From Eledone cirrhosa (taxonomy: Eukaryota): DNA of 64,000 bases. The DNA is taken from positions 9,238,001 through 9,302,000 of the forward strand of contig OZ024747.1 in the NCBI GenBank assembly GCA_964016885.1. Direction: 5' to 3'. How positions within the stretch are numbered: the stretch's first letter is position 1; each line of letters opens with the position of its first letter. A model generated the notes under the pieces. The model did no database searches. It was not told the origin of the DNA and saw only the letters and a list, made by a program, of their open reading frames with translations. Positions 28,474-44,897 of the stretch are shown in pieces. A program made the position numbers and the translations under genes.

Positions 28474-29806
28474 ATATATATATCCATTGTTTAATGCTAC
28501 TTCAGTCCATTCAGCTGGAAAGAAACATGAATTGTATCTGCGATTTAAAAAGCGAACCTTGTCACATGCTGTATGACGCTGAATCTCCCTGAGAATATTG
28601 TGTGGTGGTGATAGTGGAGTGGTGGTGGTAGTGGTTATGGTAGTAGTCGTGGTCGTAGCGGGGACGTATAGTATTATTGATGTTGGCTGTGGTAGTGGTG
28701 GTAGCAGTAGTGGTGGCAGTAGTGGTAGTAGTGGCAGTGTTATGGTGGTCATCTGGTAGTGGCTGTAGTGGTAGTGGTGGTAGCGTTGCTAATGTTGTAG
28801 TGTTGGTTGAGATAGTGGTGGTAGTGTTATGGTGGTGGTGGTGATGTGGTGGTGGTAGTGTTATGGTGGTGGTGGTGTGGTGGTGGTAGTGTTATGGTGG
28901 TGGTGATGTGGTGGTGGTAGTGTTATGGTGGTGGTAGTGTTATGGTGGTAGTGTTATGGTGGTGGTGGTGTGGTGGTGGTAGTGGTATGGTGGTGGTAAT
29001 GTTATGGTGGTAGTGTTATGGTGGTGGTGGTGTGGTGGTGGTAGTGTTATGGTGGTGGTGATGTGGTGGTGGTAGTGTTATGGTGGTGGTGGTGTGGTGG
29101 TAGTAGTGTTATGGTGGTGGTAGTGTTATGGTGGTAGTGTTATGGTGGTGGTAGTGTTATGGTGATGTGGTGGTGGTAGTGTTATGGTGGTGGTGATGTG
29201 GTGGTGGTAGTGTTATGGTGGTGGTGGTGTGGTGGTGGTAGTGTTATGGTGGTGGTAGTGTTATGGTGGTGGTGGTGTGGTGGTGGTAGTGTTATGGTGG
29301 TGGTGTGGTGGTAGCAACCGTACAAGTGATATCATTAGTGGAAACCATACAAAAGCCATGTCCACAGTGATCTGGACTTAACAGTGACCGCAGGCTATGG
29401 AATTACACACACACACTCACATACACAAACACACACACACAGTCACACACATACACTGTCATACACCACAGAGTCACACACACACATAGTCACACACACA
29501 CACACACATAGTCACACACACACACACACACACATAGTCACACACACACACACACATAGTCACACACACACACACACAGAGTCACACACACACGCACACA
29601 GGGTCACATACAGGCAAACAAGCCACCCGCAAACTCTCACGTAATTATATACACAAATATTCAGGCACAGTCATACACATATATTCGTACAGTATATGCA
29701 CACCCACACATACATACATACATACATACATACATACATACATACATACATACATGTATGTATATATGTATGTATATATGTATGTATATATATATATGTA
29801 TGTATG

Positions 29807-29859
<53 letters not shown>

Positions 29860-29872
29860 TTATGTATATATG

Positions 29873-29906
<34 letters not shown>

Positions 29907-29917
29907 TGTATAAATGC

Positions 29918-29948
<31 letters not shown>

Positions 29949-30503
29949 AAAATGAGGAAAGCCAGAATCAATCAATTGAAAACGTTGATGTATAATTTGT
30001 GACCTTGTTTGTATTATGTACCTACATATACCTACATATATACACAGCATACATACATACCTACATATATACACAACACACATACATACCTACATATATA
30101 CACACCATACATACATACCTACATATATACACACCATACATACATACCTACATATATACACAGCATACATACATACCTACATACATACACAACACACATA
30201 CATACCTACATATATACACAACACACATACGTACCTACAAATATACACAACATACATACATACATACATACATATATAGACAACATACATACATACCTAC
30301 ATATATACACAAGATACATACCTACATATACACAGCATACATACATACCTACATATATACACAACACACATACATACCTACATACATATACAACATACAC
30401 ACACTCAAATATATTCATACGTATATATGTACATATATATACATACGTATATATGTACATATATATATATACATATATATATGTATATATATATATATAT
30501 ACG

Positions 30504-30620
<117 letters not shown>

Positions 30621-30645
30621 GTAATAGAATGAAACGAAATTTCAT

Positions 30646-30680
<35 letters not shown>

Positions 30681-30692
30681 CACATACATACG

Positions 30693-30755
<63 letters not shown>

Positions 30756-30767
30756 GCATATATATAC

Positions 30768-30844
<77 letters not shown>

Positions 30845-31350
30845 CATGTATATATATATGTATATATGTATATATATGTATATATATATATATATAAATA
30901 TATGTGCGTGTGTGTGTGTGTTATTATTATTATTATTATTAATCAGAGTTTAATTCGAAGGTTTACAAAACTGGCTTCTTTTATTTAATGTTTGTTTAGT
31001 GTACTTACATATAAAGCAAACAATTGTGTGTATGTGTATGTGTGTGTATGTGTGTGTGAGAGCTTGTGTGTGAGCTTGTGTGTGTTTGTGTATGTGTGCG
31101 TGTATGTGTGTATGTGTGTGTGTGTGTGTGTATGTGTGTGTGTGTGTGTGTGTGTGTAAGTATGTATGTGATCTAAACTGTTTTCATGTGTGTTGTATGA
31201 GATTGGAATTTACATTCTTCTGTCACTTTTGCATGAAAGGAATCTAAGTCATTGGACGGCTAACATGTCCTGTTTGTGTCTTTAGAAGGTCAAGAGATGG
31301 CAATTCTTGAAACCGAGATGCAGCCGTTATGTATGTATGTATGTGTGTCG

Positions 31351-31918
31351 GGTCACTCTTGAGTGCTACTGGTAACATGTAACCCAGTACAACCTGTCAT
31401 GGTAGGGTCGTCGGCGACTAAACCGGCAACCCCACCAAGTCTACTTGGTGAGGAGGGTGATTTTGGACACCCTGCAGGACAAAAACAAAAATCTGACAAC
31501 GGGCAGAAGAACTCATAAGAGTCAACGGCCATCCAAAAATGTGTAAATATGTATATACACATGTACATATGTATGTATATGCGCGGGGGCATAGAAATAA
31601 TCGGGCTGGATACCCCCATCGCGCGGTTAAACCAATGAGGGTGAAGGACTCCTAGCCCTTGTCAGGGCATTTTTCTAGGAGAAGGCAACTCAGGAAACTG
31701 GGATAACTCCGACATAAAACCTGCGGCTCAGTAGTTACCGATGATGTTGATCTTGTCTTCTTTTCGGGTTATAGCTACTGTCGCTCAGAGAGTGGGACTG
31801 GCTCAGTGCACAGTCTTTCCTCACTTAAAAAAAATATTCACGCACAGGCATTGCACGATAGAATTAATTGACAATTATTAATAATGTTATATCGTGCAAT
31901 GGCCATACTCGGTAACGT
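31351..31918 (+). mobile_element. Diverged relative of the RTE-derived element
   Basis: Same 5' start GGTCAC, same ctaggagaagg block and same 3' tggccatactcg. Related fragments at 22025-22135 (+) and 37405-37560 (-). Confidence 0.7.
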
Positions 31919-31952
31919 ATATATATATATATATATACATACATACATACAT

Positions 31953-31983
<31 letters not shown>

Positions 31984-32140
31984 TACACACACACACATAT
32001 ATATATATATTTATACACACACACATATATATATATTTATACATACACACACATATATATATATATATAGTTAAAAAAAAGGAAACGCAGAGATATAATA
32101 ACAATAGTCTTATTAGGTTCACGCTTAATAAAGGAAAGGA

Positions 32141-32190
<50 letters not shown>

Positions 32191-32230
32191 TAGACATTTA
32201 ATACATATTTTTATTGGCACACACGCACAC

Positions 32231-32263
<33 letters not shown>

Positions 32264-32337
32264 ACCGTGTGTGTGCGTGTGTGCCAATAAAAATATGTAT
32301 TAAATGTCTAAGTAACACACACACACACACAAATGTT

Positions 32338-32513
<176 letters not shown>

Positions 32514-33533
32514 GATATATTTATATGTACATACATATATATACATATATATTAAGATAGATAGACTCTACGGTTAAGCTTAAACCCTATATAAATGCCT
32601 CGTAATTATATGCGAGTATATATTTCCTGACGTTTGTATTTAATCTACTGTGCACACATGTATTAAATCATTAAGTTTTGTTTATATACATAATTAGGTT
32701 TCTAATTATCAAGCTTCATATAGTCCATGAGACAGTTTAATGTAATCTTAACATATACAGCGGGAGTAAGAGCAATGAAAGGAACTAGCTGATCGTCTGC
32801 TAAAGTTAGCGACTGATTGAAATAGTGATTTCATGAAGGTGAAGGCCATATATCATATCTTTGGTGATATTTTCAACATATTTGTGATATTTGGTGATAT
32901 TTTCCTAACTCTCCAACGTTCCCCACATTAAATATGTTGACATTAACTTAACTACTGTATTTCATTGGAATGGTATCTCTCAGTTTGTTTTTTCATCTCT
33001 ATACCAGTGATTGCCAAACTTATTTTGTTCCGAAGACCTTAAGAATGAATAAACCAATGAATAAACCAATATCTATATTTTACAGAATTTCCTCATCACC
33101 CTAATCTTAATAAGAGAAAAAATGGAAAAAAAAAACAATACGGAAAAGTTTTAGTGAAGGAATTTATTCATATAAATACATTAAATTGTACGAAATGACA
33201 TTATCTGAATTTTTCCTGAAAACGCTGAGTTTTCCAGAACCTACTTTGCGTAATAATACTTACTCTTAGCGTCTCTAGTTTCTTATATTTCAGTATATTT
33301 ACTTTGTGATTTTGCTACCAATGATTCTGTAAGTACAGTGGAGTTTTAGTGGAGTTTCAATGACCGGATCATAAGAAGACCAAAATATGTCCACTCTTGT
33401 GATTGTTACTTGCTGAAAATAATAAATATCGTAGCTACAAGAAAAAACAAATTAAAACCATGGAAAGATCCACTTAATAAATGACAAACCAGTGACTGGT
33501 AGTTGTTTGAAATATGAGGATGAGACTTTAGAC

Positions 33534-33790
33534 CAGCGTTTCTCAACCGGTGTTCCATGGAACCCTACGGTTCCGCAAAAGGTCGTTAAGGGTTCCACGA
33601 GAAACAGTGATAAATAAGCTAATGTATTTCTGAGTAATCTTTGTTTAATTTTAGATTCATAATTTTACTATAAACGTACGGAATATTGTTGGAAAATCCT
33701 TGGTTATTATAACAAATATGGCTATTATAATAATTTATTTATGTAGGGGTTCCTGGGACATGAAAACTATTTCAAGGGTTTCACAAAGGT
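33534..33790 (+). mobile_element. hAT/Charlie-like non-autonomous fragment (related end at 42630-42697)
   Basis: TAGAC|CAGCGTTTCTCAACCGGTGTTCC terminus with GGTTCC/GGAACC subterminal motifs. The reverse end reads ccggttgatgaaacgctg|ctctaga. Confidence 0.6.
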
Positions 33791-33799
33791 ATCATTATT

Positions 33800-34037
33800 C
33801 TAAGGCGGGTAAAATTCCCGAGATCCATGGACGAGTTCTCTCCAGCGGTCTCGGTCCCTCATTATCGCTGCCATGTCCTGCGTCTCCAATAGACCAGTGT
33901 CTGTCCTTAGGGCATCAACATACGTTAACCTTGGTCTTCCTCTTCTAGTGTGTCCATGTAGGGGCTCCCAAAGGAGCACTGAGTGCAATGTCAACTCTGG
34001 ATGTCAGTGAGCATGTCCAGCTAACCTCAGTCTCCAC
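33800..34037 (-). pseudogene. RTE-like LINE 3' fragment
   Basis: RLRLAGH..LHSVLLWEP..RGRPRLTYVD..DRDRWR. Confidence 0.8.
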
Positions 34038-34345
34038 TTCATCTTAATAGATGAAAACATGTCTTTATAGTTACATCTACACAAGTTCGATATTCAATCA
34101 CCAACAGCCACAAAGCTATAACTGCGTCTACACATACATACACATGCACCCCCCCCCACCCACGCCCACACATATAGACACGCAAACGCCCACACATACA
34201 GACACACACACACGCCCACACATACAGACACAGACATGTGACTTTGATTTGTGAGTCAGTGTGTATACATTCGTATATATATTAGTATGTGTGTGTGTGT
34301 GTGTTTATGTGTGTGTTTGTATATGTATGAGAGTATGTGTTTATG

Positions 34346-34377
<32 letters not shown>

Positions 34378-34515
34378 CATGTGTATGTGTGTATGTGGGC
34401 ATGTGTATGTGTGTTAGTATTTGTGTGAAATCACATATTTGTTCCGTTCAAAGTTCCCGGCTCTGTGCTTCGTTAACCACCACATACATATTGAACACCT
34501 ACGCACAAAGGCTCA

Positions 34516-34618
<103 letters not shown>

Positions 34619-34621
34619 ACG

Positions 34622-34663
<42 letters not shown>

Positions 34664-34775
34664 CACACACACACAGATATATATATATTTATATATATAT
34701 ATATATATTCGTGTTTGTTTGTATGTGTATGGGTATATATATATATATATACATATATACAATATATATATATAT

Positions 34776-34829
<54 letters not shown>

Positions 34830-34895
34830 TACAATATTTATATATATATATATATAAATATATATATATATAAATATATATATATATAAATATAT

Positions 34896-34957
<62 letters not shown>

Positions 34958-34962
34958 GTATA

Positions 34963-35024
<62 letters not shown>

Positions 35025-35040
35025 TGTATATATATATATG

Positions 35041-35189
<149 letters not shown>

Positions 35190-35311
35190 GTATATATATG
35201 TGTGTGTGTGTGAGTGTGTGTGTTTGTGACTGTCTTTATGTGCATTCATACACTTGCTCTAATTCAAGCTTCATCAAGCTACATATATCTGTATACACAT
35301 ACTAACACAAT

Positions 35312-35391
<80 letters not shown>

Positions 35392-36697
35392 TATATATCA
35401 GCACATTCACACCAGTACACGCACAGACATACTTTCATACATACATATATACATACATACACACATACATATACATACATACATACATGTATACATACAT
35501 ACATTAACACGTACATGCATACATACTTACGTTAACCACATACATACATACACACATACATACATATATACATACATACACACATACATATACATACATG
35601 TATACATACATACATTAACACGTACATGCATACATACTTACGTTAACCACATACATACACACATACATACATATATACATACATACACATACATACATAC
35701 ATGTATACATACATACATTAACACGTACATGCATACATACTTACGTTAACCACATACATACATACACACATACATACATATATACATACACACATACATA
35801 TACATACATGCATACATGTATACATACATACATTAACACGTACATGCATACATACTTACGTTAACCACATACATACACACATTTATACATACACACATTC
35901 ATACATATATACATACATACACACATACATAGATTAACACGTACATACATACATACATACATACATATGATGAGGAGTTTACAAATCCAGTATACTTGGA
36001 TTTGCGGCAGCTCCCTAATTCATAGTCTGCAAATGGCTGTGATAGCTGGCACCTTCAAAAATTGCAAAACATTCTTGCGATTCAAGGGATGACAATTTCT
36101 TTTCTTTTACAACCTTGCCACCAGGAAGGTGGCCGGTCAAAAAAATATACTCTAAATTAAGAGAAAGAGAAGACATACATACATACATACATACATACAT
36201 ACATACATACATACATACATACATACGTTAACACGTACATACATACATACATACATACATACATACATACATACATACGTTAACACGTACATACATACAT
36301 TCATACATACATACGTCAACACGTACATACAAATAATCTGTACGTCGGCTGTACCACATCCATCCCGTCATTCTACCCTGACTTCCGCCTGTACAGCAAA
36401 ACGGAAGTGAGATCTCAAATTTAAACAGTTTCTCTTTAAATTTAGCGTTCACCTGTTTAGCTGATCGACAGCCGTGTCCTCAATAGCTGGCACAAAAGGC
36501 AACAGACACCATAATATATTGCTATAGAGGGAGCTCTAGGGTTAACGTATAGTTCTGTATTTGGAGGTGCACACACACACACACACACGCACACACACAC
36601 GCACACACACACACACACACACACGCACACACACACGCACACACACACGCGCACACACACAAACACACACGCATACACACACACACAAACACACACG

Positions 36698-36764
<67 letters not shown>

Positions 36765-36768
<4 letters not shown>

Positions 36769-36944
36769 GAACGAGTAGGACCCCGACGGCTGAGCTCAAG
36801 CCGTTTCGACGGCTAATTCTGGACTGAATTAGCCGTCGAAACGGCTTGAGCTCAGCCGTCGGGGTCCTACTCGTTCATATTACCCTAAGTATTGAGTACT
36901 TTGGTGCGTTATGGTCCATCTGGTTCCTTACCACATTTCCTTCG

Positions 36945-36947
<3 letters not shown>
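36765..36947 (+). mobile_element. Family D fold-back mini-element in (TA)n (half-hammerhead)
   Basis: ~54-bp perfect inverted arms containing GAAACGGC-TTGAGCTCA-GCCGTC-GGGGTC, then the shared tail. Confidence 0.85.
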
Positions 36948-36982
<35 letters not shown>

Positions 36983-37055
36983 ACACACATTATACGTATA
37001 TTTAAATATAAATTGTATACGGATACACATACATGCTTAATACCAGTACTCGTCC

Positions 37056-37136
<81 letters not shown>

Positions 37137-37318
37137 GTCGATCAAATTATTTCTTCAAATCGGACCGAGGAAACAATGTTTCCATTGGTCTTTCCAATTG
37201 CTAATACTATCTATCGGTCGCAACTCCAGGTAGAAGGAGCAACGTGAAATAAAGTGTCTTTCTCAAGGACATAACGCATCGCCCTGTCCAGGAATTGAAC
37301 TCACAACCTCATGATTGC

Positions 37319-37320
<2 letters not shown>
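37137..37320 (-). mobile_element. Second SINE family, 5'-truncated copy
   Basis: Near-identical to 4228-4405. Confidence 0.75.
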
Positions 37321-37361
<41 letters not shown>

Positions 37362-37919
37362 TAAATAAATATATATATACTCACAACCTCATGATTGCGA
37401 ATATTTTTTTAAGTGGTGAAAGGCCTTGCCCTCGACCAGCCCCACTCTCTGAGCATCGAAAACGCTACCCGAAAAGGAGAACTGGTCAACATCATCGAAT
37501 GCTTCCAAAGCCGCAGGTTTTATTTTCAGAGTTTCCCTCTCTTAGAAAGGTGCTGTGACAACAACTGGGTACCTTTTACTCCCAGGTTAAAAAATAAAAA
37601 GTACTATATATACATACACATATATTAAGAGTAAGGACAAAAAGCCCCTTCGCCCAAGAATGACCATAAGTTTTGAAAGTTCCACTCCGAGGTAAGGTGT
37701 TTTCGTGGAAGACCAGAAGTCACCCAAGCACACGAATCTCCCCTCTCCACACCATCGATGTTGTCCAAGGGAAAGACAAAGTCTTGTACATCTTGGCACC
37801 TGTAACGTCGCAACTCATTTCTACAGCTGAGTGAACTGGAGCAACGGGGAATAAAGTGTACTCTTAACGTAGTTCTCAGGGAGGTTCAGCGTAACACAGT
37901 GTGTAACAATGTTGAGTCA

Positions 37920-38330
37920 ACGGTGTATGGATTTCCTGACCAACAGAACTTGTTCCTTTCATAAGAAACGAAAGAGTATGGGTGCTAAACTGGTGAGATG
38001 TTTCTTGAGACAAGGTACGACGGCCAGTCTGTAGTACACCACTGAGGTAATGTAGGTGTTCACCACTTCAGTTCAATCTTTCATGGGCAGCCTTCTCTCA
38101 GCCCATTTCTTAGTGAGATTGACCACTCTAATCACGACCTCTTCCCATTTCATGCCCACATCACCTTAACCGGACCCTCGGTCCAGCAACAGGAATTATT
38201 GGTGAGTGACAGGATGTTTATCGGCTTGTCCCAGTTTATGCGTGCATTTCTCACCTGCTGATATTCTTCTAGTATGGTACCTATGGTAACATCATCGACA
38301 TAGGTACTTACGGTTCTTGTGGGGCCCACT
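37920..38330 (-). pseudogene. Decayed L1/Tx1-like RT fragment
   Basis: Minus strand TYVDDVTI, ARINWDK, WAERRLP and VNTYITSVVYYRL. Confidence 0.6.
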
Positions 38331-38444
38331 TATCGTTTCCATCTTCTTCAGTAATGGCGCAAGAGTCAACACATACATTTGAAAAAATGAGGACTGCGCG
38401 AAAGTTATCCACGAACACAAGTAAATGTGCAGATAGATAAATGA

Positions 38445-38476
<32 letters not shown>

Positions 38477-38493
38477 ATTAATATATATATGTA

Positions 38494-38538
<45 letters not shown>

Positions 38539-38592
38539 ATATAAATATATATATATATATATGTGTATGTAAATATATATATATATGTATGT

Positions 38593-38681
<89 letters not shown>

Positions 38682-38686
<5 letters not shown>

Positions 38687-38885
38687 AACCAGTAAGACCC
38701 CGACAGCTGAGCTCAAGCCGTTTCGACGGCTAATTCTGGACTAATTCTAGTCCAGAATTAGCCGTCGAAACGGCTTGAGCTCAGCTGTCGGGGTCTTACT
38801 GGTTCCTATTACCCACTCTACTACCTCAAGTATTGAGTACTTTGGTGCGTTATGGTCCACCTGGTTCCTTACCACATTTCCTTCG

Positions 38886-38889
<4 letters not shown>
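38682..38889 (+). mobile_element. Family D fold-back mini-element in (TA)n (half-hammerhead)
   Basis: ~60-bp inverted arms plus the shared tail, with (TA)n on both sides. Confidence 0.85.
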
Positions 38890-38941
<52 letters not shown>

Positions 38942-39029
38942 ATATATATATATCCGGGAGCTTCCAACAGCAATGGTTGCATTCATTAAGGGTATGTCAA
39001 TATTTATTTATAAAACTGATCTATATTAT

Positions 39030-39092
39030 ATTTTGTCTGATGAATGCACACCATAATTTAACTTGGTGTCCTTGAAATATGTATAATGAAAT
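39030..39092 (+). ncRNA. Family C hammerhead
   Basis: ATTTTGT-CTGATGA-ATGC ACACCA [10 nt] TGGTGT CCTT-GAAA-TATGTA-TAATGAAAT. Confidence 0.65.
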
Positions 39093-39220
39093 AAATATGG
39101 TTTTATAAATATAGTTTCTATTTGTTAATATCGTATTTTTACTCCAAATATTTGTTGAGTGCTTTATATCAGTTATAAAAATATTTGCTTGTTGTATCCC
39201 AACAATTTAAATAGAACTTT

Positions 39221-39270
<50 letters not shown>

Positions 39271-39489
39271 TGGATATGTATATAGATACACATATAGAAT
39301 GTTGACAGAAATGGTAAGCTACACCCGATCATCAACAACAACAACAACAACAACAACTATATCGCTAACAACAACAAATAAAATACAATCACGTGACAAA
39401 CAGATGAGTTACTTCCTTAAAACTACCAAAGTTAACAAAACTACGTTGAAAGGGAAGAGGAAAGAAATAACAGGCAAAACACCGGCACC

Positions 39490-40646
39490 AACAACAAGTA
39501 CAACAACAACAACTACCACTACAACAACAACTACCACTACAACAACAACTACCACTACCACTACAACAACTACCACAACTACCACTACCACTACAACAAC
39601 TACCACTACAACAACAACAACAACTACCACTACAACAACAAGTACAACAACCGCAACTACCACTACAACAACAAGTACAACAACGACAACAACAGCAACT
39701 ACCACTACAACAACAACAACAACTACCACTACTACAACAACAACAACTACCACTACAACAACAAGTACAACAACGACAACAACAGCAACTACCACTATAA
39801 CAACAACAACTACCACTACTACAACAATAACCACTACAACAGCAACCACTACCACTACTACAACAGCAACTACCACTTCAACAACAACAACAACAACAAC
39901 TACCACTACAACAACAACAACAACAACTACCACTACAACAACACCAACCACAACAACAACTACCACTACAACAACACCAACCACAACAACAACTACCACT
40001 ACTACAACAACAACAACAATAACCACTACAATAGCAACCACTACCACTACAACAACAACAACAACTACCACTACCACTACTACAACAACAACTACCACTA
40101 CAACAACAACAACTACCACTACAACAACAACAACAACTACCACTACAACAACTACCACTACAACAACAACCACAACAACAACTACCACTACAACAGCAAC
40201 TACCACAACAACAACAACTACCACTACTATAACAACAACTACCACTACAGCAACAACAACAACAACTACCACTACAACAACAACAACAACCACTACAACA
40301 ACAACAACCACAACAACAACTACCACTACAACAGCAACTACCACAACAACAACTACCACTACCACTACTACAACAACAACTACCACTACAGCAACAACAA
40401 CAACAACTACCACTACAACAACAACAACCACTACAACAACAACAACCACTACAACAACTACCACCACAACAGCAACTACCACAACAACAACTACCACTAC
40501 CACTACTACGACAACAACAACTACCACAACAACAACAACAACTACCACAACAACAACAACTAACAACTACCACTACAACAACTACCACAACAACCACAAC
40601 AACAACTACCACTACAACAACAACTACCACTACACCAACTACCAAT

Positions 40647-40683
<37 letters not shown>

Positions 40684-40725
40684 CTACCACTACAACAACA
40701 ACAACAACTACCACTACAACAGCAA
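39490..40725. repeat. Compound (ACA/ACT/ACC)n trinucleotide satellite
   Basis: Directly visible; produces the spurious poly-Thr and poly-Val ORFs. Confidence 0.95.
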
Positions 40726-41103
40726 CAATAGCATGAACACTAATAATTGCATCGTATTAAAAACACCCCCTACTACCCCCCAAACCGTGTCTTCTAGTTT
40801 CTTAGTTTGTTGGTTTGCGCGTGTATGTGTTTCCTTTTGATGTTAGGGGCTGGTATTAACATGTATATTTATTGTATATTTATTACACTAGGCTCAATGA
40901 ATATATACACGTATCAATTTACAGACGATTTATATAAACTATAACCTCCCTCCGCACGCTACACACACACGCATGCACATATGCACATACACACACACGT
41001 TCACACACACATATACGTTCACATACACACACGTTCACACACACATATGCATACACATGCACACGTTTACACACACACACACACACACACAAACAGACAA
41101 GTG

Positions 41104-41199
<96 letters not shown>

Positions 41200-42167
41200 C
41201 ACAGATATATTTATATATGAGTATTATAAAAGAAATTCAATGATGCAGACGATAGGATTCAATTAAAATGGCTGTAAACAGGCGAGAAAGAGAAAAGGCG
41301 GGAAAGACGCCATAAATATTTCAGTTGACGTACGGCCATTTTTTTTACATGTTTTCTGTCTTTGATTAGATTTTTCTCTGATTTATTTACGATTATATGC
41401 GGCATGTGTATGTGTGTTTGTAGGCACGCGTGTGTATGTGATTATTTACACTATGTGTGTGTGATTATTTTATTGTGATTAAGTTTGTTGTCATGTCGCA
41501 GTGAAGTATTTTTTCCTTTCAATGTCCATTTTTTGAAAAGCTACATAATTGTATTTATAGTTTGTTTATATTTTGTTTTTATGTTGTTTATATTTTGTTT
41601 ATAGTTTGTTTATATTTCGTTTATATTTCGTTTATATGTTGTTTATATTTTGTATTTAAATTTTGTTTATATTTTGTTTATATTTTGTATTTATATTTTA
41701 TTTATATTTTGTTTATATGTTGTATTTAGAGTTTGTTTATATGTTGTTTATATGTTGTTTATATTTTGTTTATATGTTGTTTTTATTTTGTTTATAGTTT
41801 ATTTATATTTTCAATTTCAATTTCTCAATTTGTCTGAAGCAAAGTTCCGTTTTATTAAACACCGAACCTGAGTATTATTACCACATTTGGTTTAGTCTTG
41901 GTTTTCTTATGTTATATTGTTTTTTTTTGTTGTTGCTAGTATTGGTGGTGTTGTTGTTTCTGGTGGTGGTGTTGATGGGGTTGCTGTAGGAAGGGATATT
42001 GTTGTTGTTGTTGTTAATGTTGGTGGTGTTCTTTCTGGTGGTGGTGTTGATGGGGTTGCTGTGAGTGTTGTTGTTGTTTGTGCTGGTGTTGTTTTTTTTG
42101 TAGTTGATGGTGGTAGTGTTCTTGATTTTGGTGTTGGTAGTGTTGGGGGTATTGCTGTCGGTGGAGG

Positions 42168-42204
<37 letters not shown>

Positions 42205-42211
42205 GGATTGG

Positions 42212-42435
42212 CAAGGGTGGTGGATTGGCAGTATCGGTAGAGCGTCGGACACCATGCTTCGAGGCATAGAGTTACGTCTCTTTACATTCTGAGTTCAAAT
42301 CCCGCCAAGGTTAACTTTGCCTTTCATCCTTACGGGGTCGTTAAAATAAAGTACCAGTAACGCACTGGGGTCGATTTAATCGACTTTCCTCTCCCCCAAA
42401 TTGCCGGCCTTGTGCCTAAATGAGAAACAATTATT
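42212..42435 (+). mobile_element. Same SINE family, long variant, following (TTA)n
   Basis: Homologous to 2367-2548 with an extra ggggtcgatttaatcgactttcc segment. Confidence 0.85.
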
Positions 42436-44765
42436 GATACCTATCTCTTTTATATTTCTATCGTAGTTCACGTGGTAAACGTAATATATATTTTTGGATA
42501 ATTATTTTGAGGAAAAAATGCCCTCCCCTAAAAAAAAACCCAACTTTTTTGTCAATTTCTTTTGCAATGCAAAAATAAGTCATATGCTTCTTTGTGAGAC
42601 CATACATTAGTTTATTTATTACTGTTTCTTGAGGAACCCTTGGCGACCCCTTACTGAACCCTAGGATTCCAGGAAACACCGGTTGATGAAACGCTGCTCT
42701 AGACAATGCATTTGTTTGTGAATATATCCAGCTCTGTAGACTCTTCAGCCACATGGACGGTCGTATGAAAGAACTCAAGAGATATATTTCAGGAATTTAA
42801 TGTAAAAAATAACTGCCAGAACTAATCTAAGTAATGTCAACATTTTAGAAAAATACTGAAAAAAAAAAAATGTTCTACATACTAGAATATAGTGTGAGAT
42901 TTAATTATTAAATTTTACGCAAAACAGAAGGGTTTCACTTTATTTTTTTGGAGAGACTGGTATTCACGCATTTTCGGTGACCGTAACCTCCCTGGTAGGC
43001 TTACTGTACATTATCACGGTACCGTTGGCTAACATTAAGGGTACCAGTAAGCTTCTTTGGCCTGCTGCTCTTAACTTAGTTGCTTTTTTTTTGTTGCTAT
43101 ATGAAGATCGGAATATAATTCACTATTTATACTGCCTAAGAGTGACAAAGAAGAATTAACAATAGTCTTTTTATTTCTCAAATTTGTTGGACCTTTGTTC
43201 GTACATCTTTATATCGCCGAAGAATTGCTTTTCCAATGGCACAAACCTTTAGCATTTAGCTGTGGTTCTGTTCCTCTTTGAACCCATACTGGCTGTAAAT
43301 ATGAGTTTGTAAACAGTACGTGTTCTCTTTACACATGTTAACTGTTTATCTAATGGTTTGATTTAGTAGAAGGGCTATACCTATGGCTTTTACAGGTCCC
43401 CTGAAACCGCTGAGATTGTTGATGTTCATATCCAACAACTTCGAGAAAAAAAACAGGCACAGGGAAAGGAGTGGCAAACGGATGTCTTCTAGAAAGAAAG
43501 TTGATGTAATATTTAGTGCAGGACTTGAAGGAGGGACACAATATGGGTGACAAAAGAAGAGACACGAGTATGTTGAATGGGTTTAATGAAGGTGTCTCGA
43601 CATCAACTAGATTCAATGAGCAGAGGCCATTATAGTAGTGGTTGAAAAAGGCTGTGTGAGGAGGCAGCACAACTTTGGTGAAGAGACTGGAGTATGTTAG
43701 CACGTGACTCCATGTCAACTGTCCTCATCCAAGATTGGTTTTCATTTTATTTCAGTGGACATTTTTGTGTGATTATAATCTACGTTAAAATACAAAGACA
43801 AGATTGTGTACTGGAATGTACAATGTAGTCAAGTACAGAATTTAGCCTGAAACTGTTATCAAGAATCTCATCAGCAGTTTATGGTTTATTATGATAAATG
43901 AGCTCCTTCCAGCTCATAGAATTTATCAATACTTACCATTAGGAATATCATTATCAAATATAATTCCGGATATCGTTACTCTGATAGGTAGATTAAAATG
44001 TGGCTTGATGGAAAATAACAGTTAAATACGCAATTCTGATTATATTTGATATCACAATACTGATAACATAGGTATGTGATAACATAGATTCGTAATAACA
44101 GATATGTGATAACATCTAACAAAGGATATTAAATGAATAGAGCAGGTTAAGTACCCTGATAGTCGCGGTCTCTTGAAATCATTTATCTCCGTATATGTTT
44201 GCCGGTTTGTCAGTAATGCAGTACACATATTGGAATTAAATTTCTATACAACTCATAAGCTGAATACTAATGATAACACAGTTTAGATATGGCAAGTAAG
44301 TATGTTTTGGAACAGCGAGCGAGTTTGAAATTACAAATAGAAGCTTTCGCCGTATTTTTTAACGAAAGAAATTTTTGCCGGATAGTTGGGTTTAGAACCC
44401 TCTAAGAAATGGAAAAAGATGAGTATTGACATCAATTTCTTAGTTTAGATATGTATTGAAGGAAAGTAATAGAATATATAGTCAAATATATTCGTTAGGC
44501 CCTCAGATTTCGCGGATTGCCGCTGATCATGAAACTGGAAATAATATAATAGACAGATATTTATTTTATTATTTTTAACAAATGAATGTAAAGATATTCT
44601 GAAAAAGAACATAAATTATAATTGCCACCTACACACTCACCAATACACACACACACACACACACACACATCTATGTGGATGGAAGGCAAAGTTGACTCGG
44701 CGTCGGCGGGATTTGAACTCAGAGAGCCGAAAAGAATAGCACAAAGAATTGCATTTGACGTATTA

Positions 44766-44805
<40 letters not shown>

Positions 44806-44897
44806 ATATATATATATATGTATATGTGTATATACATACATATACATACTCACACATACATATATATGTATATATATATATTATATATATATATATA

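Noticed and set aside
39299-40840. 513-aa Thr-rich mucin-like ORF
   Set aside because: Compound ACN microsatellite open in several frames and on both strands; no signal peptide or splice evidence.
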